From the NCBI GenBank assembly GCA_013416795.1, contig RQSC01000023.1:89768-153767 (forward strand): 64,000 nucleotides of DNA, given 5' to 3'. Both the position numbers and the translations under genes were made by a program. Shown piece by piece: positions 11,785 to 22,952 of the stretch (position 1 is its first letter; each line of letters begins with the position of its first letter). Below the pieces are notes generated by a model, which was given only the letters and a program-made list of their open reading frames with translations, had not been told where the DNA came from and searched no databases. Source of the DNA: Prasinococcaceae sp. CCMP 1430. Taxonomy: Eukaryota > Plantae > Prasinodermophyta.

Positions 11785-13105
11785 CTAGCGGTGGCGCGCC
11801 TCGCGCGACCACTGGAGCATGGTCACGCCCGGCAGCACGGGCGGCGGGGGGGCGGCACACCAAGCCGCGACGTCCTCCGCAAGCGGCTCCACGTCGAGCA
11901 CGAGCGCGACGCGCCCCCGCGAGGTGTCGTGCGGCATGACGCAGTGCTCCTCCTCGATGTTCGTGTACTGCGGCGCGCAGTCCGTGCCGAAGCACATGAT
12001 GGGGATGAGGTGATGGCGCGGCAGCGCATTCCGGTCAGCGCCGCACATGCGCATTGCGCTCTCTGGCTAGAAAGCTGAGACGATGCAATCAGCGTGTGCG
12101 ACACACACAACAATGTCAGCGTCTACTGTGACGGCCGCTCACGCCACGTACATACAGATGCCCAGTCTCGAGCGTCCTGCAACGGCTTGCATTGGCACAA
12201 AACGTCGTCGGGTTGTCGATGGGCACCGTCAGACGCGCCAGGGTGACCATCGGCTGTGGCGGTGGCGTGTGGAACGCCGCCGCATCATCCTCGCCCGCAT
12301 TGCTCCCGGACGCCGCGGTGCCGCTGCCGAGCGGCGGGGCGGCGTAGTCCGACGCGGCTGCCATCACGCGCGTCGGGTCCCGATGGCAGTCAACGACGGC
12401 ACCGGGCTTGACGTGCAGCAGTTTGACGCCACGCAGAGCGCCTCCACCCACCGCGCCGCCTCGGACGGCCACCGCGCGCACCCAGCCGGCAATGACGGGC
12501 GCCGCGCGGGCGTGCGGGGTCTCCGCGAATGGGACCGCGCGCGTGGTGAGGTTGAGGGCCTGAAAGGACACCGATAGTGGGTCGACGCGCCCGCGGTCGG
12601 AGCGCAGCGCCAAGCCATCCCATGCGTCCGTTTTGTGGACCCAAGGGTCGCCCTCCTGTCCCAGTGCTCCCACGCCGCTCTCGTCGCCGCCACTGCCACC
12701 GTCACGCATCGCAGCCAACAGCGCGGCTACCTCGCGCAGCGCATCGCCAAGGGGAAAGGGCGGCGTCGCCGGTAGCGCGCGGACAGGCTCGGCGTCCAGG
12801 TCCCCCCACGCCGCGGCCGAGCCCGCGGGGCAGGGAAGAAGCCCTCGGCCGTCCGCAGTAACGGCGCCCGCCGCCGCTCGCTCCGCAGCCGGCGCCGGCG
12901 CGCTCTGCGCTCTCGCGCGCGCGTGCGCTCCTCCCTCTCCTTGTCGCTGGTGGTGCCCGAGGCGTCGCCTCAATAGAGCACCCCCGCTGGCACCGCCCGG
13001 CAGGAAGCTACCACGTATCGACGGCGCGAGGAGCATCAGCACAGTCGTGCACGCTCCGGCGGCGAGGAGCTGCAGCGCAAGCATGGCCGCCGATCGTCCC
13101 GGCAT
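11785..13105 (-). CDS. Type II membrane aspartyl/asparaginyl beta-hydroxylase-like 2OG-Fe(II) oxygenase; intron 11968..12151
   Basis: N-terminal hydrophobic segment LQLLAAGACTTVLMLLA. Cupin core KLLHVKPGAVVDCHRD...RLTVPI...GHLY|YTNIEEEHCV...RVALVLDV gives an intact HxD...H triad. TGTAA at 11742-11746 (minus). Confidence 0.7.
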
Positions 13106-13726
13106 CCTCGCAGACGACCTCGGCGCTCTCCGCCGCGCCGCGCCGCGAGGGATGGCGCCCTCGCCGCGCATCGTCGGTGCGTGCGAGGACCAGCCTGAGC
13201 CGCGGTTGCCTCCTCTTTCTCGACCGCAACCGAGCGCGCGCGTCCGTTGACAAGGTCGCACACGTGCAGCCAGCCAGAGGCGCTCCTCCCACCTCTGGCT
13301 GTCGCGACTATGTGGAATATGCGGCGCAGTCACGCGAGAACAATCGCCCGCGCGTGGCGTGCAAACGCCGCTCCCACGCGCGCGCGTGGTGCGTCTAGTG
13401 GCGCGTCGAATGTGGCAAGTGCTCGTGAGCACGGGAGGGTGTTAGGCACTCCGCGGTGTTTTTTGGGAAAAAGAAATGCACACGCACTCAGGCCACACCG
13501 CACGCGCGGCGCGCCTCCAGGGGGCGCGAAGGGACGCCTCCTGCTGCAGAGGTGGAGCGCCGGCGCTGGCTGGCGCTGCGCGTGCCCCGCCTGAGGGCGG
13601 GGCGGGGCCGCGCGCTTTTCGCAAGTAGACGAGACGTCGCGCGCGGCGACTGCGAGCCAATCAACGCCAGGATTTCAGAGCTCAGGGGGGCCATACACTA
13701 CGAAGTCGCTGACTACTGACACCGAC

Positions 13727-14584
13727 ATGAGCGCCTTCGCCGTGTACCCGTGGGCAGTGCTTCTAGGAGAGTTTATCGTCGCGATTTCCATCGGCTTCGC
13801 CCTCAACGCCGCCGCTGCTGCGCTCTTCGCCGGAGGACCGCCCGACCGCTTTAATAACCCAAGATGGAGCCTCAAGCTGGCGCTCGTCTTCCAGGCGGCC
13901 ATCTTCCCGGCGCTGTGCGCGCTTTCTTTTGCAAGCTGGCGCGCAGCAGCAGGAGACAGCGCCGCGGCGGCCTGCCTGCCGCACCGGGACGCTGAGGCAG
14001 GAGGGATGGGATTGGACGCCGACCTGAGCTGCGAAGTGGCCACTCCTTCGCATTCGGACTGGCGGTCCGAGGCACTCGAGTGGATGGCCGAGGCCTGGAG
14101 CGACGCGTCTGTGAACCATTCGGGCGTGTACGACCGCTGGTATTTGGTGGTGCTGCTCAGCTACATGACCAAGGACTTCTGCGGTGTCATGCCAGATCGC
14201 CTCCTCGTGCTGCATCACATCGTGTGCGCCACGGGTGCGCTCGTGGCCTTGGCGCAGCCCGCCGGCGTGCGCTTCTTCCTCGTCGGGACCACGGCGCTCG
14301 AGCTCGGCTCCGGCGCCATGAACGTCGCGAGCCTCAGTGCCAAGCACAGCCGCAGGGGCAAGATCGAGAAGGCCTTCGTCCTGCTTAGCTTCGTGATCAT
14401 CACGCTGTCGCACGTCGTGGCGGCGTGGGCGTGCATCGGCCTCTGGCGGGTCGCGCTGCCGGCCTTCTTCTTCGTCTGGTGGAATGTGTGCACGTGGCCG
14501 CTGATGGCCCTGAGGCAGAAGACGGTGGTGGAGGAGCTCTTCGCGGTGTTTAGGCGCTACCGGCCGGTGGTGAAAGCCGAGTAA
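13727..14584 (+). CDS. TLC (TRAM/LAG1/CLN8) domain membrane protein
   Basis: Several hydrophobic helices; motifs YMTKDF, LLVLHHIV and ELGSGAMN. Confidence 0.75.
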   Translation: MSAFAVYPWAVLLGEFIVAISIGFALNAAAAALFAGGPPDRFNNPRWSLKLALVFQAAIFPALCALSFASWRAAAGDSAAAACLPHRDAEAGGMGLDADLSCEVATPSHSDWRSEALEWMAEAWSDASVNHSGVYDRWYLVVLLSYMTKDFCGVMPDRLLVLHHIVCATGALVALAQPAGVRFFLVGTTALELGSGAMNVASLSAKHSRRGKIEKAFVLLSFVIITLSHVVAAWACIGLWRVALPAFFFVWWNVCTWPLMALRQKTVVEELFAVFRRYRPVVKAE

Positions 14585-14892
14585 ATTCGCAATGTGGTAG
14601 GAGCGCGTACGTACCTAGCGCCATCTCGCGTGCGAGCAAACAACTTTTTTTGGAACATGGCGGGGGTGTTGAGGGAGGGGCCGTTGGCAGTCATTGCGCC
14701 ACACCGCCTCTCCAGATCGCCGCGCCTTTCTGGCAGCGCACGTGCGAGGGTGGAAGGGGAGGGATCGGGCGGCGGGCGGCACCGCAAGGCCTCACGAATC
14801 TCGCCGAGACGCTGCAGGCGTCCCCGCCCCACGCGGCTCGCGCTGCATCCACACTCGATCGATTGTTGCGTCGCCGCCCGCAGGCGACATCG

Positions 14893-16592
14893 ATGCCGCA
14901 GAAGCGCGCCCGCGGCGACGTGCCCGAGGAGGCGCCCGCTGATGGCACGGCTGGCGCCGGGAGCCCCGCGGCTCGCGCCGGGCCGGCGCCGTCGTACCCC
15001 TACTGGGCGAGCGCTGACTGCCGCGGCGTGCTGACCAACGGAGGCGGTTTCCCAGAGGTCGGCATTCCGCCCTCCCACGCATACGATCGCGTGCGTCAGT
15101 ACAGCCTGCTGGACTTCCAACCCTCGCTCAACACGTCGTCATACGTGAACGTCATGGCCGATCAGTACGAGCACGAGCTCTTCGCGCTGGGCAGCCGCAT
15201 CAACATAGCCGATCAGACCATTTATACGGGCTCGTTTGAGCTGCACAACGACGCGCTGGCAATGGTCGCAGACCTTTGGAACGCGCCCATGGGCGCGCGC
15301 GTCGACGGCGGGCCATACCCCGGCTCGCAGACCGTGGGCTCGACGGAGGCGTGCCTGCTCGCCGGCCTTGCCCTCAAGTTTCGCTGGCGTGCCTGGCGCG
15401 CCAAGCTCCATCCCGGCGAGGAGCAGCCTCCGATGCCCAACCTGGTGATCAGCACTTGCTTCCAGGCGTGCTGGGAGAAGCTCTTCAAGTACATGGACAT
15501 CGTCCCGCGCATAGTCGCGCCCACGATGGACATGACGCTGGATCCCGCAAAGGTGGCCGAGGCGTGCGACGAGAACACCATGGGCGTCGTCTGCATTCTA
15601 GGCAACCATTATTCTGGAGCCTACGATCCGGTGAAGGAGGTGTCGGACGTGCTCGACAAGTTGAACGCCGAGAAGGGCTGGCAGATCGGCATCCACGTCG
15701 ACGCGGCGTCCGGTGGCTTCATCGCCCCCTTCATCGCCAAAGACCTCGTGTGGGACTTCCGCGTGCCCAACGTGCTATCCATCTCGGCCTCGGGCCACAA
15801 GTTCGGCCTGTCGTGCTGTGGCACGGGCTGGGTGGTGTGGCGCCAGCGCGAGGACCTCGCCGAGCACGTGGCGATCTCAGTGAGCTACCTCGGCGGCGTC
15901 GGGGAGTCCTACACGCTCAACTTCAGCCGGCCCGCGACTGGAAGCTACGTGCAGATGTACAAGTTCCTGATGCTGGGGCGCGAGGGCTACTCCATGGCCG
16001 TGAGGAACCAGATGGACACCGCCGCGCGCATTCGCGCGGGGCTCAAGGCCATGATGGGCCCCGACGGCGTCACGCCGCGCTTCGTCATCCTGGATAAGAG
16101 CGACAGAGCCCCCGACGGCTGCCTGCCCGTCGTCTGCGCGATGCTCAACCCCGATCTGAAGTTGCCCTACGACGACTGCGACCTGTACGTGCGCCGCAAC
16201 GCCGCGCCCGCACGATGGAGTGCGCGCACGTCGCGAAGGGCGTGCTCACCCTGACGCTCTCGCCGCCGCCCCTTTCGCTCCCTTTCCGCCAATGCGCCTA
16301 CCGCAGGCAGCACGTGTGCGCCGAGCGCCACTGGTACATATCGGGCTATCACTTTAGCTACAAGCACCCCATCACGGAGCAGACGCTGCCGCTCTGCAGC
16401 GACGTGCCTGCGGAGCAGTCGCTCTTCCGTGTGGTTGTCAAGGCCAACCTGACGCGGCAGCTCGCCGAGGATCTGTTGGTGGCCGTGCGCGAGACGGTCG
16501 TGCTGATGGACGAGGCCGGCGCCGGCTTCCGCGATATGCACCGCAAGAAGGTGCCGCGCCCCGTTCGCGGGCGCCACGTGGCCGCGTGCTGA
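14893..16592 (+). CDS. GAD: Glutamate decarboxylase (PLP-dependent); intron 16185..16306
   Basis: GSTEACLLAGLALK, IHVDAASGGFIAPF, PLP lysine motif SISASGHKFG and TLNFSRP. The intron joins CDL to QHVCAERHWYISGY. Confidence 0.93.
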
Positions 16593-16905
16593 CCTAGCTA
16601 TTATACCGCCTGGAAGGCCGTTGATCCTACACATCCGGCGCTACGGCGCGCGCTGTGGTGCGGCACAGCCGCGCGTGTAGGCGCTTTGACCCGCGCGCAG
16701 TCTCGCGACGCTGACGCGGTGCGTGGTGGCGTGTACGACAAACGTGAGTAAGTTAGCGTACTTGACTTGTAGTCGGTCTCTCTGGCTGATCCTTAGGCTC
16801 TTGCTCGTTCGGCGTGGGCGTCACGAATTTCACGCTCAGATCGCGCACGAGTGTTGAAAACTGCCGCGCCCGCGTGGCTCGCGCCACTGGCGGCGGGCGC
16901 CCTAT

Positions 16906-17600
16906 CTACTCCGCGCAGAAGGGGCTGAACGGCTCGCTCGCGGAGTTGCACAGCGCGTCCTCGCACACCTCCTCGAAGTCGTGCAGCGCCACCTCGAGGG
17001 TGATCGGCAGCAGGTCCTCGTCGCACGTGTCGTGCGCCATCAGCACCGACTGGAACGCCGCCGCGCACGCGTCGGACGAGCAGTCCTCAATGCACTGGGT
17101 GTCGAGGATGGCGATGTCCGCGAGCAGCTTGGCGCTGTCGCTGCAGTCGGCGACCGGCGGGCAGGCCTCGAGGTCCTCGTCGAACTGCCTGGCGATCTCG
17201 CAGTCCTCGAAGTTGTCCTCGTACAGGTGCAGCTTGGTCTCCGCCTCGAGCGGCAGGTCGTGGTGGGGGCAGAAGTCGTGGTGCGACTGAAGGATGTAGT
17301 AGTTCATGTGGCACACCTCCTCGTCCGCCTCGCTCTTGGAGACCAGCATCTCCGTCTGGCAGTTGGCCTCGAGGTAGTCCAAGGCCGCCACCACCGGCGC
17401 GGTGTTCTCGCAGTCGATCGCGAAGCCCATCTCGTTGGCGACGCACGCGCACGACTCGCCGTGCTCGTGCTCGTCGGCGGGGTGGGGCCCGGAGGCCTTC
17501 TCCTCGTCGTGCATGTCGTGCCCGTCCGCGTCGAGGTGGTGCGCGGCGCGCACGGCGGGCGCCGCGGCGGCGGCCCCGGAGGTGGCGGCCGCGGAGACGA
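16906..17600 (-). CDS. Acidic Cys/His-rich two-repeat protein, probable metal (Zn) binder; 5' end unresolved
   Basis: His-rich linker (HHLDADGHDMH...HEH) followed by two related units, each with DC..C..C..HDxC..LP..E..LHxY/FE. High GC3 codon usage. Confidence 0.7.
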
Positions 17601-18756
17601 CTTACAGGGCGCCGAGCGCGCCGAGGCAGGGGGAGGTGTGGGCGCGGCTGGCGAAGTCCCGCGCTGAGTTCCCCGTCGGCGGCGATCGCTTCGGCCGCTC
17701 CGAGGCTGCCGCTGCCGCGCGCGACGAGGCGATCGCCACTCGGACGGCCAACGCGGGCTTCGGCAAGTCCGCCGCGCACCGCAAGCTGCAGGAAGGTGCG
17801 GAGGTGGGAAGGGAGAGGCGTGCACGCGCGTCGCTCCCTGGCACGAGCGCGCGCCGATCGCGCCCTGCGGGATGCGCGCGACGCGCACGCGACCCTCGCG
17901 CTGACAGGTGCCCCCGCACCTCTCGCTCACGCGCGCAGCCGACGGCCCCTTCGGCAAGTCAGCCGAGCACGAGGCGGTGCGCCAGGCCAAGGCCGTGCAG
18001 CTCGACCGCCTGGCGCCGTGGCTGGACTCGGCCACCGCCGTGCACGCCGCGCCGCACGTGATGTGCGTGGGCCCCCGCGAGTGGGCGCTCTCGCTCGTGC
18101 GGCTCACGTCGGACGGCGGCGGGCGCTCGGCCGCCGAGCGCGCACGCGCCGACCCGAGTCCAGGGGGGGGGGGGGGGGGGGGGGGGGGGGGGCGGGGGCA
18201 AGGGGCAGTGTTGTGGCGCGGGAGCTGGACCCTCCCACCCCCCCGCGCGGTGCCGGCTGGGCGCTGGGCGGCGCCGCCGATCGGCGCGCGCGCCGGATAA
18301 AAGATGAAACGTATTCGCGCTGCGCAATCACGCGCACGCACACATACGCACACACTCACACACACAACACACAAAACGTGTGTTTGTGTGTGTGCACGCA
18401 CACACACGCTCACACACGCACACACACGCACACACACGCACACACACGCACACACACGCGCAGACACACACGGGATCTTCGCGCCCGCCTTCGACCCCTC
18501 CGAGCCTCCGACGTACCAGCGCCGTCCGTTTCGACAGCGGCGAGTCCTCCGATGCGCGCAGGGTGCGGCGCTGTGCCCGGCGGGCGCTCCGGGGTCCCAC
18601 CCACCCCACGTGGCGCGGGCCGCGGCGCGAGGCCACGTGGCGGTGAACGAGCTACGCGCGCTGCGGGAGGAAATATCTCCGGACTGCGCCGAGGACTATG
18701 TGTACCGCACGCGTGCGCCACACGCACGGGCGGGCATGCACCACACGCGCGTGTAC

Positions 18757-18824
<68 letters not shown>

Positions 18825-18825
18825 N

Positions 18826-18882
<57 letters not shown>

Positions 18883-18958
18883 GCCTTTGAGCGCCAGGAA
18901 AATGGCACGCCGCATCGTTGACAGTGCAAACGACAGGCTGCGCAACCTTTTCTGCAAG
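17600..18958 (+). CDS. Possible multi-exon gene of unknown function with FGRS/FGKS repeats
   Basis: Phase-compatible intron 17796..17938 with GCTGAC. Coding-like segments (FGKSAEHEAVRQ, GIFAPAFDPSEPPTY, KMARRIVDSANDRLRNLFCK) are separated by (CA)n tracts. The frame is uncertain across a poly-G run. Confidence 0.4.
18760..18879. repeat. (CA)n microsatellite; further CA/TG tracts at about 18340-18460, 25200-25350, 29440-29495, 30212-30296, 30560-30640, 30930-30970, 31545-31665, 32348-32398, 41558-41588
   Basis: Direct reading. Several contain a single N or abut gaps. Confidence 0.95.
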
Positions 18959-19190
18959 GTTTTGTTTTTGCTGGGTTTGGGTGTGGTCATTAGGGTTTGT
19001 GGTCGTATTGATTTGATGAGACGTGCTCGCGCTCGCGCTCGGGGCGTGACTGCCGTGCAGTGCGGCGTGCATCGGGGCCGAGGCCGGGGCTGGCGGGGGG
19101 CAAGGGGCCGCAGGACGCGCGCTCGGCGCTCGCTGCCACACCACACGCCGCGCGCGGCCCTGGCGCACGCCCAAGCGCGGCGCGGCCGCC

Positions 19191-20056
19191 ATGGCGTCGC
19201 CCGCGCGGACGCTCTACGACTTCGAGATAGGGAGGCTGGGCGCGGGCACGCGCGAGGCGCCCGTCGCGGGCGGGCCGCTCGACCTCGGGGCCGCCAAGGG
19301 CAAGGTGGCGCTCGTGGAGAACGTCGCCGGCCTATGAGGCACGACCGTCAAGGACTATCTCGACCTCGGGGCCGCCAAGGGCAAGGTGGCGCTCGTGGAG
19401 AACGTCGCCGGCCTATGAGGCACGACCGTCAAGGACTATCTCCAGATGAACGAGCTAGTCGACAAGTTCGGCAGCGAGGACTTCACCATCCTCGCGTTTC
19501 CGTGCAACCAGTTTTACCGCCAGTCGCAGGACACCGACCTCGAGACGCTTTCCCTGCTGAAGCATGTGCGCCCCGGCAACGGCTACGTGCCGAAGTTCGA
19601 GCACTCCACCAAGATTGACGTCAACGGCGCGAATGCCCACCCCATATTCAAGTGGCTGCGCGAAACGCTGCCGACCCCGGTCGACGACGCTGGCAAAGTG
19701 ATCATGCGAGACCACACGTGCATTGCGTGGGACCCCGTCGAGCGCAACGACATGTGCGTCGCGCAGCTCGCTCCGCCACCGCGCGCGTCGGTGGAATTCG
19801 CTGGCGCGTGCCGCGACGCCTCGCGCGCAGTAGGCTCCCTCTGACATCTCGCTTGTGGTCCCGCACGCCGCGTGCGTCGCTGGCGCCTGGTGTGCTTTGC
19901 GCTCGCTGCTGCGCGCAAAGCTCGTGGAACTTCGAGAAGTTCCTCGTGAACCAGAAGGGCGTGCCCGTGCGCCGCTACTCGCCCAAGTTCGCCACCATCG
20001 ACATCGCTGCCGACATTGAGGCGCTCATCAAGGGCGGCCCCGATGCGCTCGCCTAA
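19191..20056 (+). CDS. GPX: Selenocysteine glutathione peroxidase (GPx1/2-like); in-frame TGA at 19335 and 19416; intron 19754..19920
   Basis: VENVAGL-TGA-GTT active site, [21 protein letters not shown]|SWNFEKFLV; SECIS downstream. Confidence 0.93.
19278..19442 (+). repeat. Exact 81-bp in-frame tandem duplication within GPx
   Basis: 19278..19358 is identical to 19359..19439, with CTC microhomology at the boundaries. Confidence 0.97.
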
Positions 20057-20249
20057 GCGTCGCGAGGCGGCGTGCCCGGGGCGATTACTTGCCTCGATGC
20101 CAATGCCGCGCGCGACCCAGCAGGGACATTGCTCATGCGGCGGGGCTTGTCCGGAATAGGCGCTGTACGCAACGCTCAAGTCCTCTGCGCGGGACACCCC
20201 TGCGCACAACTGCCAGCTTCAACGTACGTGAGCCGATCTCATACGCCAC

Positions 20250-20315
20250 GCGACCACATGACGGCACCGCCACAAATCCTCAGAGGACGGCGGACGCCCG
20301 ACAAGTTATGGTGAC
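20250..20315 (+). promoter_or_regulatory. Type II SECIS element in the GPx 3' UTR
   Basis: ATGA at 20258-20261; stem GGC-A-CCGCC pairing with GGCGG-AC-GCC; unpaired AAA at 20274-20276; minihelix TCCT-CAG-AGGA; GA at 20300-20301; lower helix ACCA/TGGT. Confidence 0.88.
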
Positions 20316-20874
20316 GGGCCGCGCGGCAGTAATACGAGGCCGGCAGCATTCAGCAGGGAATCCGGCCCGCCAGTAGTTGCAATGCGGGAAAGGAAAGTAA
20401 CAAAGATGCAGATACTTCGCCGAGAAGTAGTACTACTGGAAGTACAGATGGGGAGGGCACTGGCAGGTCACCGCGCCTAGATTTATCGGCAGGAATGAGG
20501 TTAGGTGGGCGCAGCGGCGTGTGGCGGCTGGCTGGAACCTAGGAAAAGTTTGTACAGTACACGTGCGCATGCAACCGAGATCGAAGGCTGATAACGGTCG
20601 CGCGTGTGAGCATGCGGGGAGTGTGTGCTCCGACGCATGAGCGCGTGCCACGTGCACACAAGCATGTGGCAGTTGATTCGGATTCGAATAGCAGCCCAGT
20701 GTGGTAGTTGCCGGCGCGGGTGCGCCCATGCGTTAGTTGATTGGATGGATGTGGTTGAGTGGGACCGAGGAGCGTGTCGGTGCGCCGGTGCGCTGCGGCG
20801 GGTGCCACAACGCCTGCTCCGCGCATCCGCAGCCCCACTTCCTGCCCCGCTTCGCAAGCCTTTCCGCAGCGATC

Positions 20875-21994
20875 ATGGCAGCAGCGACTCGGATGCGCGC
20901 GACGTGCGCCGTGCCGCGGCCCGGAGCGCGCGGCGCGCGGCGCGCAGCGACCCGCGCAGTGACTGGGGCGCCTGGGGCAGAGGTGTCGACAGGCGCCGCG
21001 TCGGACTTCTCGGACGAGCGGCTGCTCGAGATGACTGTGGCATTCAACGACGCGCAGCGGGGTGCCAAGGACCCGTCCTTGCTGGGTGCGTTCGTGCGAG
21101 CGTGGGGGGAGCCCGCGTGGCGCGCCTGACGACGCTCGCGCGGATCCTGTCCGTGCCCTGCCCTCCCTTGAGCACAGCGCGCAGCAGCTCTGACGCGAGC
21201 GACCGCACGCTCGAACGCGCTCGCAGCCGACAAGTTCTTTTTCATCGGGTCGGTGGTCGACCCGCTGGATAAAGACGCGTTCCTGCGCGCATACAAGAGG
21301 TGCGTGCTCTCAGGCTGTGTGGTCTCCCTTATCGCTCCATGTGTTGTGTATCGCGTACGAGCGCGCGCTCTCCTTCCTCGAGTCCCCCCTGCTATCGCGC
21401 ACCCCCGCATGTGCATATGCGGTGCTGACAGGTCTTGCCGCGCCGCTCATCTCCGCGCGAGCTGACACACAAACAGCTTCGGCTTTGAGGACGCCTTTCC
21501 CGACAATGAGGAGAACGTCTTCGGAATGACGGTCGACCCGCTGGTGCCCAACTGCGTGTGGTTCATGACGCGCTTCAAGGTACGCAGTGCAGGCGCTCAC
21601 ACGTGCTGCGCATGGATGGATCCATCGCTGTGCCTCGCCGAACTGCGCGGGCGCGGGCGCCGACGCGCGGGCGCTGTGCTAACGGCGCGGCTCGCGCGCG
21701 CAGGGCACGCATACCGGCACGCTGTCTGGGTCCTTCGAGGCAACCGGTAAGTTCGTCGAGCTTCCTCCCACCATCTCGAGCGTCCACTTCGACAGCGAGG
21801 GAAAGGTGACCAAATTTACATCAGGCTACCCCGCCGACCGCACGCAGGGCAACAGCGGCGGGCTCACGGGTTTCTTCGGCATCCTGTATGCCATCGGCAA
21901 GCCGCTGCCCTTCCGCGAGGCCCGACCCTACAAGCCCTCACTGCGTTTCCGCTTCTTCCGCGCATTCGGCCAGCTCTTCCAGCGGGACGACTGA
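20875..21994 (+). CDS. Plastid-targeted SnoaL/NTF2-like algal protein; introns 21086..21226, 21300..21476, 21580..21703
   Basis: Arg/Ala-rich transit-like N-terminus; spliced core DKFFFIGSVVDPLDKDAFL...VDPLVPNCVWF...GTHTG...GNSGGLTGFFGILYAIGKPLPF. All three introns are in phase with branch points. Confidence 0.75.
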
Positions 21995-22952
21995 GCGCGG
22001 CCCCGAGCGCACGCACGCTGCCGCCACCGACGCGGCAGCGCGCTCCCGCCGTACCAAGCGCCGCCGCCCGATCACAAGCCCCCTAGGCCGCGCGTACATT
22101 GATCGCTTGCTTCCCCTGTGTGGATATCATCAACGTATTTATTGTCCCGACTGAAGCACAGCCGCCTCTGGACTGCCCATAGGCCACACCCACAGGAGCG
22201 GCGCGGCGCAGGCGGCGCTGCGCGGCACTGCTGCCGCCAGGCCGAGCAGTCGGCGAGCACGGCGCCTCACTACCTCCCAACAGACACGCTCGGGGTGGGG
22301 GTGGAGGAGGATGGTGTAGTCGAAGGTGAGAGGAGCGGCCCGGAGCCTGGCTGGGGAGGGGCCGGGGGGGGAGCGGACGCCCGCGCTCTCGGACGCACAC
22401 CCCCTCCGCCTCGTCCGAAATTTGCGCGGCGAGTCAGCGGCCTGTTTACCTGCGCAACGACCCGTCGCAGCGCCCCGCGCGCGGCGATCGGATCCCGCGC
22501 CGGGAAAAAACGGAGCCCGCCGCGGACCCAAAACGCCGCGCAGGCACCACGTACATACGTACGTTCGCACAGGTACGCTGTAGAATTCCTAGGTCAAATC
22601 GAACGTATTTCAAAACACGCAAACGAATGAGGGAGGTCCGCACGTCAAAGCGCATTGGGAGAGCGGAGCGCAGGTCAAATCGCATTGAAGTCCGAGAATT
22701 TATTTGAGTTCCCTCGGGCAAGTCCGCGGGGCCGCGGCCGATGGGGAACGCGCGCGCCGGCATGCCGGGCGCGGGGCGGGCGCGCGATGCGTGTGAGTGA
22801 GCGCACTCACTCCCGCGCGCGCGTGCTCCCCCTCTCCCTCGCTACCCCTCTTTTGCGCGCTGGCGGCGCCGCGGTGCCACACGGGGCGGCAGGCACGGGG
22901 CGTGCCCCGCCCGGCCACAGCAGCAGTGCTCTGGTCTGTCTCGCTTCGCGCA

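Noticed and set aside
18163-18192. Poly-G runs as functional G-quadruplexes or Gly linkers (also 48249-48299)
   Set aside because: Cannot be separated from sequencing or assembly artefacts, and their length is unreliable.
18304-18929. Poly-HT / poly-CV ORFs (also at 25-33 kb and 41.5 kb)
   Set aside because: Translations of (CA)n/(TG)n microsatellites, mostly intronic.
19062-19190. Fusion of the upstream exons to GPx
   Set aside because: The frame is open upstream, but the available donor (phase 0) and acceptor (phase 2 for the GPx frame) are incompatible, and ATG 19191 has strong GCCGCCATGG context.
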